From assembly GCA_037975805.1 (NCBI GenBank), contig JBANFX010000017.1:5569-69568 (forward strand): a stretch of DNA of 64,000 nucleotides, read 5' to 3'. Position 1 is the stretch's first letter, and every line of letters begins with the position of its first letter. The DNA comes from Bacteroidota bacterium (GTDB taxonomy: Bacteria; Bacteroidota; Bacteroidia; Chitinophagales; Chitinophagaceae). The translations under genes and the position numbers were made by a program. Below are positions 10,343 to 20,444 of this stretch, piece by piece. Below the pieces are notes generated by a model. The model saw nothing but the letters and a program-made list of their open reading frames with translations. It was not told the origin of the DNA and did not search any database.

Positions 10343-11704
10343 TTGTTACCCGCTTCATTATTACATTCTTTAGTTTCAATGCCTGGATACCAGGAGCAAA
10401 GTTTTGTGCGGGTACATGCATTAGGGGATCAAATAACCAGTGTTCGATTGAATCCTGCTAAAACTTTTGATTATGCACAACATCCTTTCTTAAATGAAAT
10501 GGTTCCAGTGGATTGGTGTTCGAATGGGTATTATTTGCAAGAAAGGCCTTTGTTTGTAAAGGATCCTTTATGGCATGCCGGCGCTTATTATGTGCAGGAG
10601 GCAAGTAGTATGTTTATTCAATATATTATTAAAAATATTTTTCCTCATCCAAAGCATAAAATAGTACTTGATTTGTGTGCAGCACCAGGTGGAAAGTCCA
10701 CTTTGCTCGCTAGTTACTTTAATGAGGGATTGGTGGTTTCTAATGAAACTATAAAGTCTCGTAATTCAATTTTAGTAGAGAATTTAACAAAGTGGGGAAG
10801 TGACAGTGTAGTAGTTACTCAAAACGATCCTTCTCATTTTAAAGCTTTGCCCAATTTTTTTGATTTAATGGTGATAGATGCTCCTTGCAGTGGAAGTGGG
10901 TTATTTAGAAAAGATCCCGAGGCTATAAAAGAATGGAGTGAGGAAAGTGTTTTGCATTGTAGCATAAGACAGGAAAGGATTTTAGAAGATAGTTTAGATG
11001 CCTTAAAAGAAGGCGGATACTTAATTTATTCAACATGCTCCTATTCATTTGAGGAGAATGAAAAAATCATGGATTTTATAAGTGCATTACCAGGGATGAA
11101 AAATATTGACATGGAAATTCCTGAAAATTGGAATATTGTTGTTACGGAAAGTCCAAATGCAAAAGCAAAGGGGTTCAGGTTTTATCCAGACAAAATAAAA
11201 GGGGAAGGTTTCTTTGTTTGTATTTTTCAAAAACAGAATAATACAAGTACAAGCTATTATAATTCCAGTTTTCAATGGAATCCAATAACTAAAAATGAGC
11301 GCGCTATTTTAACAGACCACATAGCGCTACCCGAAGCTTACGAGTATATTAATCATCAAGACAATATCATTGCTGTACCCGTTGATATCTCTTTGACAAT
11401 AAAAGCGCTGCTTTCTCATTTATACGTCAAAAAAATGGGCTTGACTATTGGAACCTTAAAAGGGAATGATTTAATCCCCGATCATGCACTTGCTATGAGC
11501 CATTGGTCAAATAAGCCTTTTGGGGTGGTTGAGGTGGATATAGAAACTGCGCTCCGGTATTTGAGGCGCGCCGACCTCATTTTAGAGGGAAACAAGGGTT
11601 GGGCAGGTGTTTATTACCACAAAATTTTACTGGGTTGGGCAAAGTTATTACCAAATAGGACCAATAATTATTATCCTACAAATTGGAGAATACTGAAATA
11701 CTGA
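10343..11704 (+). CDS. rsmF: RsmF/RsmB/NOP2-family rRNA (cytosine-C5) methyltransferase
   Basis: YYVQEASSM, DLCAAPGGKS, DAPCSGSG and YSTCS motifs, with a C-terminal PUA-like region. Start is uncertain: TTG 10343 is preferred over the track start, which overlaps the upstream gene. Confidence 0.82.
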   Translation: MLPASLLHSLVSMPGYQEQSFVRVHALGDQITSVRLNPAKTFDYAQHPFLNEMVPVDWCSNGYYLQERPLFVKDPLWHAGAYYVQEASSMFIQYIIKNIFPHPKHKIVLDLCAAPGGKSTLLASYFNEGLVVSNETIKSRNSILVENLTKWGSDSVVVTQNDPSHFKALPNFFDLMVIDAPCSGSGLFRKDPEAIKEWSEESVLHCSIRQERILEDSLDALKEGGYLIYSTCSYSFEENEKIMDFISALPGMKNIDMEIPENWNIVVTESPNAKAKGFRFYPDKIKGEGFFVCIFQKQNNTSTSYYNSSFQWNPITKNERAILTDHIALPEAYEYINHQDNIIAVPVDISLTIKALLSHLYVKKMGLTIGTLKGNDLIPDHALAMSHWSNKPFGVVEVDIETALRYLRRADLILEGNKGWAGVYYHKILLGWAKLLPNRTNNYYPTNWRILKY

Positions 11705-11769
11705 TTATTATATATTAAAAATATAATTAATTAGAATTAATTTTGCTTTTTATTCACATTTCATTTTGG

Positions 11770-11777
11770 TACCTTTG
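11770..11777 (+). promoter_or_regulatory. Bacteroidota -7 promoter element (TACCTTTG)
   Basis: TACCTTTG-catcc-ATG(11783). Confidence 0.65.
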
Positions 11778-11782
11778 CATCC

Positions 11783-12436
11783 ATGTTTAGAAAATATTTA
11801 CTCATATTGGTTGTATCTCTTGGCTTGTGGAATAGCGCAAGTTCAAGTGCGGCTGTCTATCATTCAGTGAGTCAAACGGTGAGTAAGTCAAAAAAATCCA
11901 AAGCAAAATCTGCAGCAGCCTCTAAAAAAAGCAAAAAGAGCAAATCGAGTCGTAGTGCAAAGTCAAAGAAGGGCAAGTCAACAACACGTATCGTAAAAGA
12001 TAGCGCACAGCTAAAACAAGAGAGCGATAATAAAATGGCTTCGCTTCAAATGATTAACGATAATCAAGTGAAAGCCAGAATTGCAGACAGCATTCGCAAG
12101 TCCTCTTTATTAAATGTAAATAATAACAAAGAAGGCTATTACGCTTCTATGTTTTCAAGTCAATCTAAATCTACCACCATACAAACACTTGAAGGAACTG
12201 CTTCAGTATTTAAAAGTTTAAGTGGATGGGATGATGGTAAATTTTATATCTTAACCAATCAAATGCCAATTGGTACGATTGTAAGAATCACTACACCTGA
12301 ATTAAAAAGTATCTGTGCAAAAGTGATTAATAGTTTGCCCGATGTTGGAGGTGCGGTTCAGTATCGTTTAAGCGATGCAGCAGCAACAATCTTAGGAATT
12401 ACCAACAAGATCTTTAAGGTTTCAGTTACCTACTAA
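11783..12436 (+). CDS. Secreted protein with Lys/Ser-rich linker and C-terminal RlpA-like double-psi beta-barrel domain
   Basis: Signal peptide, K/S low-complexity tract, and a C-terminus (GTASVF...GTIVRIT...AKVINSLP...RLSDAAATILG) resembling an RlpA-type DPBB. Confidence 0.55.
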   Translation: MFRKYLLILVVSLGLWNSASSSAAVYHSVSQTVSKSKKSKAKSAAASKKSKKSKSSRSAKSKKGKSTTRIVKDSAQLKQESDNKMASLQMINDNQVKARIADSIRKSSLLNVNNNKEGYYASMFSSQSKSTTIQTLEGTASVFKSLSGWDDGKFYILTNQMPIGTIVRITTPELKSICAKVINSLPDVGGAVQYRLSDAAATILGITNKIFKVSVTY

Positions 12437-12445
12437 AATTTATTT

Positions 12446-13153
12446 ATGAAGAACCTAATTTTCGCAGGCCTTTTTACATTGGCCACTGCATTAGTGAGTT
12501 GTGCGCAAACTAATAAAGAAACAAAGCAGGCTTTATCTATACCTTCTATTGAGTTTAATACGGCTATACAACAACCTAACGTTCAAATTTTGGATGTGCG
12601 CACTGCAAGCGAATTTAAATCGGGGCATATTAAAAATGCTTTACAGGCAAATTGGAACGACCCTCAAGAATTTGAAAGTAGAACCAAGGAGTTGGATAAG
12701 AAATCAACGGTATATGTTTATTGTCAAGCAGGAGGTAGAAGTGCTGCAGCACAGGCATATTTAATGGAAAAAGGTTTTACTGTGGTAAATTTAGAAGGAG
12801 GAATGAGTAATTGGAAAATGAATAATTTACCAGTGGAAGGAAATGCAAATGCACAACAAATGACGGTTTCCGATTTTGATAAAATAATTGCTACGAATAA
12901 TTTGGTATTGGTAGATATTGGTGCTAGCTGGTGTCCCCCTTGTAGAAAAATGCAGCCAATAATTGACCGAGTTAAAAAAGCACAAGGAACTAAATTATAT
13001 GTGTTAGCAGTGGACGGTGGAGCAGATGTGGAAGTGATGAAGCATGTGCAATTTGAAACTTTGCCTACCTATATTATTTACAAGAATGGGAAGGAGGTTT
13101 GGAGAAAAAGCGGCGTCGTAGAAGAGGCTGAATTTAATAAAGTATTACAATAG
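12446..13153 (+). CDS. Lipoprotein: rhodanese domain fused to thioredoxin domain
   Basis: Lipobox LVSC, LDVRT...GHIKNA, rhodanese active site YCQAGGRS, and thioredoxin WCPPC. Confidence 0.85.
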   Translation: MKNLIFAGLFTLATALVSCAQTNKETKQALSIPSIEFNTAIQQPNVQILDVRTASEFKSGHIKNALQANWNDPQEFESRTKELDKKSTVYVYCQAGGRSAAAQAYLMEKGFTVVNLEGGMSNWKMNNLPVEGNANAQQMTVSDFDKIIATNNLVLVDIGASWCPPCRKMQPIIDRVKKAQGTKLYVLAVDGGADVEVMKHVQFETLPTYIIYKNGKEVWRKSGVVEEAEFNKVLQ

Positions 13154-13209
13154 GTGGCAATTTTTTGTGTATTGCAGTACAAATGATTGAATCAAAATTT
13201 ATTGCTGTA

Positions 13210-14145
13210 TTAGTCAGGTTTGCGGTAGCCTCTTAAAAAATCCAAAACGAGCATTCTCTTTTTCCCTTCCCATTGAATATCATTAATATTCAAATACCCA
13301 TTTTTGCAAGCAAATTTTGCAAATTTTTTTCCGTCGGTTATAAATGTGCCAGGTAATTCTTTGGGTAAACCTGCTTCTGTATTCGTACTATATAATTTCA
13401 CAATCTTCCCATCTACTTTAGTTATTGCTCCTGGAAATGGGGCCAAACCTCTTATATGATTGTGAATTTCTTCAACGGATAAATCCCAGTTAATTTCACA
13501 ATCTTTTGTAAATATTTTAGGAGCATGTTTTATTTCAATACCTTTCGCTCCCTCACTTTGTGGGACCGATTGAATGCTATTGTTAATTAATCCATGTAAT
13601 GTTTTTACCAACAAATTAGCACCCACAACCATCATCTTATCATGTAATTCTCCTGCAGTCATATTTTCGGGAATGGCAATACGGTCTTGTAATAAGATGT
13701 CGCCGGTATCAATGGCATGTTGTAGTTGAAAGGTAGTCACCCCTGTTTCCTTTTCTCCATTTATGATTGCCCAATTTATGGGTGCTGCCCCTCGATATTG
13801 TGGTAGTAATGATCCATGTACATTTAATGTGCCCATGGTAGGAAAGGACCATATTTTTTCGGGGAGCATTCTAAAAGCAACCACAACTTGTAAGTCGGGT
13901 GCCCAATTCCTTAGGGCTTCCATAAATTCAGGTGCCTTTAATTTTTCTGGTTGTAATAATGGTAAATTATTGGCCAGCGCAAATTGTTTTACGGCACTTT
14001 GTTGTAGCTGCATACCTCTGCCACCGGGTTTATCAGGTGCCGTTACTACGCCAACCACATTCAGTTCTGCTGCCAATAATGCTTCCAAAGAAGCTACTGC
14101 AAAGGCAGGGGTTCCCATAAATACAATCCTTGGTTTTTTGTCCAT
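13210..14145 (-). CDS. fmt: Methionyl-tRNA formyltransferase
   Basis: VFMGTPAFA, NVHGSLLPQYRGAAPI and DTGD motifs. Confidence 0.97.
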   Translation of the reverse strand: MDKKPRIVFMGTPAFAVASLEALLAAELNVVGVVTAPDKPGGRGMQLQQSAVKQFALANNLPLLQPEKLKAPEFMEALRNWAPDLQVVVAFRMLPEKIWSFPTMGTLNVHGSLLPQYRGAAPINWAIINGEKETGVTTFQLQHAIDTGDILLQDRIAIPENMTAGELHDKMMVVGANLLVKTLHGLINNSIQSVPQSEGAKGIEIKHAPKIFTKDCEINWDLSVEEIHNHIRGLAPFPGAITKVDGKIVKLYSTNTEAGLPKELPGTFITDGKKFAKFACKNGYLNINDIQWEGKKRMLVLDFLRGYRKPD

Positions 14146-14149
14146 GGGG

Positions 14150-14185
14150 CAAAGTTAGTTTATCTCCCATAATTATGTACTTTTG
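14150..14185. promoter_or_regulatory. Divergent -7 promoter pair (fmt: TAACTTTG on - at 14150-14157; slyD: TACTTTTG on + at 14178-14185)
   Basis: Both match TAnnTTTG. The fmt element lies 4 nt from its ATG. Confidence 0.7.
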
Positions 14186-14223
14186 CCCTTTGCACCCTAG
14201 GTGCTTTATTTAAAAAATACAAT

Positions 14224-14679
14224 ATGCAACAAGTAAAAAATGGGGATACCATTCAAGTGCATTATCACGGTACTTTAGCTAGTGGTGAAACATTTGACTC
14301 TTCAAACGGTAGAGCTCCTCTAGAATTCGAAGTAGGAAGTGGAATGGTAATTCCAGGTTTTGATAATGGCGTTTTAGGAATGACTGTGGGTGAAAAGAAA
14401 ACCATTCACATTCCATTTATGGAAGCTTATGGCCCTAAACAACCAGAAATGATTGTAGAGTTTCCAAAAACTCAATTTCCTCCCGATTTAAATCCTGAAG
14501 TAGGTATGGCATTGACAATGAATAATGGTCAAGGTCAACAATTTCAAGTTATCGTGGTTGAAGTAAAAGAGGAAGTGGTGGTATTAGATGCCAACCATTC
14601 TTTAGCAGGCCAAGATTTAACTTTTGATTTAGAATTGGTAAATATTGATAGCCCTTCTAAAATCATTACTGAATTTTAG
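14224..14679 (+). CDS. slyD: FKBP-type peptidyl-prolyl isomerase, SlyD/SlpA-like (no His-rich tail)
   Basis: VHYHGTL, PLEFEVGSGMVIPGF, AYG and DANHSLAGQDLTF motifs. Confidence 0.85.
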   Translation: MQQVKNGDTIQVHYHGTLASGETFDSSNGRAPLEFEVGSGMVIPGFDNGVLGMTVGEKKTIHIPFMEAYGPKQPEMIVEFPKTQFPPDLNPEVGMALTMNNGQGQQFQVIVVEVKEEVVVLDANHSLAGQDLTFDLELVNIDSPSKIITEF

Positions 14680-14735
14680 ATTTGTTGAATCCTAAAAAAT
14701 ACTTTATTTTATTGTAATACTAGGTATAAAATGTT

Positions 14736-14768
14736 AAGGCGTTCCAAAATTTTGGAACGCCTTTTTTT
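14736..14768 (+). terminator. Intrinsic terminator after slyD
   Basis: Perfect 28-bp palindrome AAGGCGTTCCAAAA|TTTTGGAACGCCTT followed by a T-tract. Confidence 0.88.
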
Positions 14769-14832
14769 ATTCGAAAATTTCAAATTATCTTCAAGCATCT
14801 TATTTTAAGCCGATTTCAAAACAAATTATAGT

Positions 14833-16098
14833 ATGGCCTTACAAGCATTAGAAGTAGCAGAGCGATTTATGCGTTATGTTCGTATTGATACGCAAAGCGA
14901 TCCCAATAGTACTCATTTCCCATCTACCGAAAAACAAAAAAATCTATCTACTTTATTGGTTAAAGAATTACTTGCATTTGGTATTGAGGATGCACATATG
15001 GATGCGAACGGTTATGTAATGGCAACGGTTCCTGCAAATTATCCATTATCATTTGTCCCATCCAATGAACATCCATTGCCTGTGATTTGTTTTTGTGCAC
15101 ATGTGGACACGGCGCCGGATTGTAGCGGAACAAATGTGAAGCCAATATTACACGAAAAGTTTAATGGAGCGGATATTGTTTTGCCAGATGATAACCAGCA
15201 AATTATTTCGATAAAAGATTATCCCTATTTAAAAGAGTTTATAGGAGAAGCAATAATTACTGCATCGGGTAATACCTTATTAGGAGGGGACGATAAGGCA
15301 GGTGTTACCATTATTATGGAAATGGCAAAGTATTTGATGGAAAACAAAAGTATTGCACATGGCCCCGTAAAAATTTTATTTACACCAGACGAAGAAGTAG
15401 GAAGAGGCACCGAACATTTAGATATTAAGAAACTGGGTGCCGATTACGGTTATACTTTAGATGGAGGTGAATTAGGAAGTTTTGAAATGGAAACTTTTAG
15501 TGCGGATTATTTGGTTTTGCACATTCAAGGAGTGATTGCACATCCTGGTGCTGCGAAAGGAGTAATGCAAAACGCAATTAAAGTGGCAGGTGAAATTTTA
15601 GCTGCATTGCCTAAGGCCGAATGGTGTCCGGAGCATACGGATGGTAGAATGGGTTTTATTCATCCCAATCATGTGGAAGGGGGTGCCGAAAATGCACGTA
15701 TAGAGTTTTTAGTGAGGGATTTTGAAACGTCTAAATTAAAAGAACATGCAGATAGGTTTTTTAATCTAGCACAAGGCGTTATTAATGCGAATCCAGATTT
15801 CTCCAAGGTGAAAATATCCATGGAGATTACCGAACAGTATCGAAATATGCGAGAAGTTATTGATCAATATCCTGTGATTGTAGAACGTGCAATAAAAGCG
15901 TATGAAAAAGCGCAAATTAAGCCAATAGTGTCTCCTATTAGAGGAGGAACGGATGGAAGTAGAATGAGTTTTATGGGTTTGCCTACACCCAATATATTTA
16001 CGGGTATGCAAGCTATTCATAGCAAGCATGAGTGGATAGGTGTTAGAGATATGATAAAGGCGGTAGAAGTATTGGTAAATTTGGTAGAAATAAATTAA
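14833..16098 (+). CDS. pepT: Peptidase T (tripeptide aminopeptidase, M20B)
   Basis: AHVDT, LGGDDKAG, TPDEEVGRG, DGG, IRGGTDG and HSKHEW motifs. Confidence 0.95.
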   Translation: MALQALEVAERFMRYVRIDTQSDPNSTHFPSTEKQKNLSTLLVKELLAFGIEDAHMDANGYVMATVPANYPLSFVPSNEHPLPVICFCAHVDTAPDCSGTNVKPILHEKFNGADIVLPDDNQQIISIKDYPYLKEFIGEAIITASGNTLLGGDDKAGVTIIMEMAKYLMENKSIAHGPVKILFTPDEEVGRGTEHLDIKKLGADYGYTLDGGELGSFEMETFSADYLVLHIQGVIAHPGAAKGVMQNAIKVAGEILAALPKAEWCPEHTDGRMGFIHPNHVEGGAENARIEFLVRDFETSKLKEHADRFFNLAQGVINANPDFSKVKISMEITEQYRNMREVIDQYPVIVERAIKAYEKAQIKPIVSPIRGGTDGSRMSFMGLPTPNIFTGMQAIHSKHEWIGVRDMIKAVEVLVNLVEIN

Positions 16099-16121
16099 CT
16101 TTAAAAAATAAATTAAGTCCT

Positions 16122-16772
16122 ATGTTGTTTTTATTAGATGTAGCTCAAAATAAAATTTCCTTATTAAGTTTATTACAAAAAGGCGGATGGATTATGTATC
16201 CATTATATGCTTTATTGGTGGTGGCAATTTATGTTTTTATAGAACGTATGTTGGCCATTAAAAAAGCTGGCGCTATTGATCCTAAATTCATGCTTGTTGT
16301 AAAAGATAATTTGTTGTCAGGAAATGTTGCCGCTGCAAAAAGTTTTGCGAAAAATACCGATAATCCTGTAGCAAAAATGATTGAAAAAGGAATTATGAGA
16401 ATGGGAAAACCATTGGATGCAATTGAAAAGAGCATGGAGAATGTTGGCAAATTAGAAATGTATGCAATGGAGCGCAATTTGAACATTTTGTCATTAATTG
16501 CTGGTATAGCTCCTATGTTTGGTTTCTTGGGAACAATTGTAGGAATGGTACAATTGTTTTACGGAATTGCTTCAACTGGAGAGTATACATTAAACACCAT
16601 TGCGGGCGGTATCTACACAAAAATGATTACCTCTGCAACAGGTTTAATTATTGGACTTATTGCTTATGTAGGACATAATTATCTTTCTACTCAAATAGAC
16701 AAGACCGCCAATAAAATGGAAACGGCAAGTGCCGATTTTTTAGATATTTTACAAGAAACAACGCATTCTTAA
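16122..16772 (+). CDS. exbB: MotA/TolQ/ExbB proton channel protein
   Basis: GGWIMYPL and IAPMFGFLGTIVGM...GIYTKMITSATGL motifs. Confidence 0.88.
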   Translation: MLFLLDVAQNKISLLSLLQKGGWIMYPLYALLVVAIYVFIERMLAIKKAGAIDPKFMLVVKDNLLSGNVAAAKSFAKNTDNPVAKMIEKGIMRMGKPLDAIEKSMENVGKLEMYAMERNLNILSLIAGIAPMFGFLGTIVGMVQLFYGIASTGEYTLNTIAGGIYTKMITSATGLIIGLIAYVGHNYLSTQIDKTANKMETASADFLDILQETTHS

Positions 16773-16781
16773 AACAGTACT

Positions 16782-17180
16782 ATGAATCTAAGAAATAGAT
16801 TAAGGCATCAGCCCGAAGTACATACCGGCGCATTGAATGATATTTTATTCATTTTGCTATTGTTTTTTCTAATTGTTTCCACTTTGGCCAATCCTAATGT
16901 GATTAAAGTTTCTAATCCCAAATCGGCGAGTGATACTAAAGCAAAGCAAACAGTGGTGGTTACCATTGATAAAGACCAACATTTATTTATTGGTTCCACT
17001 CCAGTAGTTATAGACTCTTTGTCCGCACAGCTCAAAACATTTTTAGATAAGGAAACAGATAAACCATCAGTGGTAATTAATGGGGATAGCGTTGCTAATT
17101 TGGGTGTAACCATTCAGGTAATGCAAATCGTAAAAAAGTTAGGTGCAACGCCGGTTGTAGCAGTTGATCCTAATAACTAA
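16782..17180 (+). CDS. exbD: ExbD/TolR biopolymer transport protein
   Basis: ALNDILFILLLFFLI transmembrane segment with the conserved Asp; follows exbB. Confidence 0.88.
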   Translation: MNLRNRLRHQPEVHTGALNDILFILLLFFLIVSTLANPNVIKVSNPKSASDTKAKQTVVVTIDKDQHLFIGSTPVVIDSLSAQLKTFLDKETDKPSVVINGDSVANLGVTIQVMQIVKKLGATPVVAVDPNN

Positions 17181-17234
17181 TTAGTGGTATTTAATTACAA
17201 TCAAGGAAATTTTTAATTTTTATGCGCGCTTCCT

Positions 17235-18092
17235 TTATTTCCCTTTTTTAAGACTTGCTCTTAACATGCGATCTTTTCCAAACATGTCTTGACGTAATTC
17301 GGCATGATAACCCATTTCATCAAATAAACTTAATAATGCTTTGCCCTGGTCATAATGTATTTCAAAAAAAAGCTGACCATTGGGTTGTAAGTATTGCTTT
17401 CCTAGTCTTGCAATAGTTCTATAAAAAATAAGGGGATCTTCATCTTTTACAAAAAGTGCAATATTTGGTTCAAAGTTTTTTACCTGGGCCTGCATATTTA
17501 TATTTTCTTTAAATGGAATGTAAGGCGGGTTGCTTACGATTACATCAAATTGATTAAGCAAGTATGTGGTATTTAAAATATCTTCCTGTATCCAACTTAT
17601 TTTGGTTTTTAATGTATCTGCATTTTGTTTTGCAGTCAACAAAGCTTTTTCGCTTATATCCAGGCCAGCTAACATGCAATGGGGAAGTGCTAATTTTAGG
17701 GCAATAGGAATACAGCCAGACCCAGTACCAATATCTAATATTTGTAATGGTTTATTTATGATTGTAGCATATTCAATAATCCATTCAACTAATTCCTCCG
17801 TTTCTGGTCTTGGAATTAAAACATTTTCATTTACTATAAATTCATTACCCATGAACCATGCTTTGCCAATAATATATTGAATGGGCATGCCTTCTCTTAA
17901 TAAATTAAGCGCCTCATGGAATTCCTTAATTTTTTCTTGCGATAATTCAGTTTCTTTATTGAGTACTTGTTTTAATTGATCCCAGCCAGTGATGTGCTCA
18001 AATAAAATGGCCATTAAGCTATTTAATTCAATACTTTCATACTGATTTGACAGTGCTGCTTTACATTCTTGTTTAAGTTCCTGTAAACTCAT
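17235..18092 (-). CDS. prmC: Release factor glutamine methyltransferase PrmC/HemK
   Basis: PIQYIIG, LIPRPETEELV, DIGTGSGCI and SNPPY motifs. Confidence 0.96.
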   Translation of the reverse strand: MSLQELKQECKAALSNQYESIELNSLMAILFEHITGWDQLKQVLNKETELSQEKIKEFHEALNLLREGMPIQYIIGKAWFMGNEFIVNENVLIPRPETEELVEWIIEYATIINKPLQILDIGTGSGCIPIALKLALPHCMLAGLDISEKALLTAKQNADTLKTKISWIQEDILNTTYLLNQFDVIVSNPPYIPFKENINMQAQVKNFEPNIALFVKDEDPLIFYRTIARLGKQYLQPNGQLFFEIHYDQGKALLSLFDEMGYHAELRQDMFGKDRMLRASLKKGK

Positions 18093-18152
18093 AATGCAAT
18101 GTTACAAATGAATGCGCATTATGCGTTAGCTTTGCGGAGATATTATTCATTA

Positions 18153-18764
18153 ATGGGTCCCTTTTTCTATAATACTATTGAACAGCCAGCAATTGCCGAG
18201 TTTAAAGATCGTGGCAGTAAGTTTTTAGCTTATAGTTTTCCGGTACAAAATATTGAAGAATGCAAAAAGCAATTAGCCAGTTTAAAAAAAGAACATCCCA
18301 AAGCTGTGCATCATTGTTTAGCGTATAGAATAGGTGTAGATGGATCCACATTTAGAGTTAGTGATGACGGAGAACCAGCAGGATCTGCAGGTAGGCCTAT
18401 TCTTGGACAAATTGATAGTAAGCAATTAACCAATATCATGGTAGTGGTGGTAAGATATTTTGGCGGTACATTATTAGGAGTACCTGGCTTAATTAATGCA
18501 TACAAAACAGCCACTTCTTTAACCTTGCAATTATCACCCATTATCCAAAAAGCAGTGGAAGTGTCGTATGCGCTTAATTTTGATTACCAACAAATGAACG
18601 AGGTAATGATGATTGTGAAACAATACAATTGTTCTGTTGTGGAACAGGTAGCACAATTATTTGTAGAGTTAAAAATTGGCATACCCAAGCATCGATTGAA
18701 TGAAGTGATAAATAAAATACAAGACATGCAAGGTGTTACCTACAAGACAGTGCTTGTTGAGTAA
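18153..18764 (+). CDS. yigZ: YigZ/IMPACT family protein
   Basis: SKFLAY, HHCLAYR, SDDGEPAGSAG and RYFGGTLLG motifs. Start moved to ATG 18153, downstream of the TAGCTTTG promoter element at 18127-18134. Confidence 0.88.
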   Translation: MGPFFYNTIEQPAIAEFKDRGSKFLAYSFPVQNIEECKKQLASLKKEHPKAVHHCLAYRIGVDGSTFRVSDDGEPAGSAGRPILGQIDSKQLTNIMVVVVRYFGGTLLGVPGLINAYKTATSLTLQLSPIIQKAVEVSYALNFDYQQMNEVMMIVKQYNCSVVEQVAQLFVELKIGIPKHRLNEVINKIQDMQGVTYKTVLVE

Positions 18765-18801
18765 TCTCTATTATCATTCCAAAATGTTTTGATGATAATA
18801 A

Positions 18802-19647
18802 TTAGTACTTATAAAAACCTTCACCTGTTTTTACCCCAAGTTTCCCCTTGTTTACCATTTCAATTAGTAAAGGACAGGGCGCATATTTTTCATTATTGAA
18901 CCCATCATGCATTATGTCCAAAATATTTTTGCAAACATCTAATCCAATATAGTCGGCAAGTTGAAGCGGACCCATTGGATGTGCCATCCCAAGTTTCATA
19001 ATTTGATCAATTGTAGCAGCGTCGCTGATGCCTTCCGAAAAAGCATGAATCGCTTCATTAATCATGGGCATTAAAATTCGGTTGGCGATAAATCCTGGCG
19101 CATCTTTTACAACACAAGGTATTTTATCAATTGCGTTTGTTAATTCAACAATGGTTTTGGTGGTAGCTTCGCTTGTATCTGCTCCGTTAATAATTTCCAC
19201 CAGTTTCATTACAGGTACGGGGTTCATAAAGTGCATGCCAATCACTTTCCCTGGTCTACTGGTTACCGCTGCCAATTGAGCAATAGGTATGGAAGAAGTG
19301 TTGGTGGCCAAAATACAGTGGGGATTTGCTTTTTCATCCATGATGCGAAAAATACTTTTCTTAATTTCACTGTTTTCGGTGGCCGCTTCTACTGCTAAAT
19401 CTACATTTACAATTCCAGTTTCAATGGAGGTGAAAGTGCTAATTCTTTGTAGGGTATTTGTTTTGTCCTCGGCGGTGATAAAGCCCTTATTTATTTGACG
19501 ATCCAAATTCTTATCAATCGTTGCAATGGCTTTGCTTAAAGCTGCTTCTTGCGTATCAATAATATTAACTTCAAAACCTTTTTGTGCAAATACATGTGCA
19601 ATTCCATTACCCATTGTACCCGCTCCAATCACTGCTATTTTTTTCAT
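18802..19647 (-). CDS. hbd: 3-hydroxybutyryl-CoA dehydrogenase
   Basis: GAGTMGNG, EAATE, NTSS, GMHFMNP, GFIANR and HPMGP motifs. Confidence 0.9.
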   Translation of the reverse strand: MKKIAVIGAGTMGNGIAHVFAQKGFEVNIIDTQEAALSKAIATIDKNLDRQINKGFITAEDKTNTLQRISTFTSIETGIVNVDLAVEAATENSEIKKSIFRIMDEKANPHCILATNTSSIPIAQLAAVTSRPGKVIGMHFMNPVPVMKLVEIINGADTSEATTKTIVELTNAIDKIPCVVKDAPGFIANRILMPMINEAIHAFSEGISDAATIDQIMKLGMAHPMGPLQLADYIGLDVCKNILDIMHDGFNNEKYAPCPLLIEMVNKGKLGVKTGEGFYKY

Positions 19648-19679
19648 GTTGTTTTAAAATAATATTTAAAAAAGTAAAA

Positions 19680-20342
19680 TTATTTTTTTGATTTATAGTC
19701 CCCTCTTTTCCATGAATTAATAAAGCTTTTCCAAGCAACTGGATTTAATATATTCATTGGTGGTAACTGTCCTGAGTAATAATATCTTTGGGCCTGATTA
19801 TTTAAAGAAGCTCCAACTGCTTCTTTACCATCTCTCGGCAATGAAGCTAAAATAATTTTTTTCTGACTCTCACTAGTATTTTTCCTAGCAGTCTCATACA
19901 TGTCGTCGTCTACTTTTGCATTCACAAAATCTCTTTCAAATTGCGCGCGGGTAGGTCGTGGTTTTAAAATAGTAGCAGGTAAAAAGTTAGTATCATTTAC
20001 CATTAACTGAACCACACTATATTGGTTCCCTTCTAAATTATTGGGAATTAAAATAGTTCTGTCTTTAAACCCTACACAAGTAAAGGTAATTTTCTCGCCT
20101 TTGTTAACTGCAATGGAAAATACACCATCATAATTGGTAACGGTTCCACGGCCTTTTTCATTTACGACCACACTTGCAAAAGGAATGGCTTTTAAACTAT
20201 CTGCCGTCATTACAACACCAAAAAGCTGTACCACTGAATCTCTGTAAATATTAGGGGTATTGGTATTAGTTTGTTGTGCCATCGCTGGCTTTGCAATGAG
20301 CCCTAAAAATCCCATAGTAAGTATTATAAGCGTCTTTTTCAT
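19680..20342 (-). CDS. Secreted carboxypeptidase-regulatory-like domain protein
   Basis: Signal peptide (...AMAQ) and G.V..AD...IPFASV...GTVTNYDGVFSI...ITFTCVGF fold signature. Confidence 0.7.
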   Translation of the reverse strand: MKKTLIILTMGFLGLIAKPAMAQQTNTNTPNIYRDSVVQLFGVVMTADSLKAIPFASVVVNEKGRGTVTNYDGVFSIAVNKGEKITFTCVGFKDRTILIPNNLEGNQYSVVQLMVNDTNFLPATILKPRPTRAQFERDFVNAKVDDDMYETARKNTSESQKKIILASLPRDGKEAVGASLNNQAQRYYYSGQLPPMNILNPVAWKSFINSWKRGDYKSKK

Positions 20343-20444
20343 AGCAGGGCAAAATTAAGCTAGAACCTTGAATTTTTTGCTAAAATAAGGGGCGCATCAA
20401 TTAACTTTGCCCCAGTTTTTAACTTTTTAACAAAAACTTCCAAA

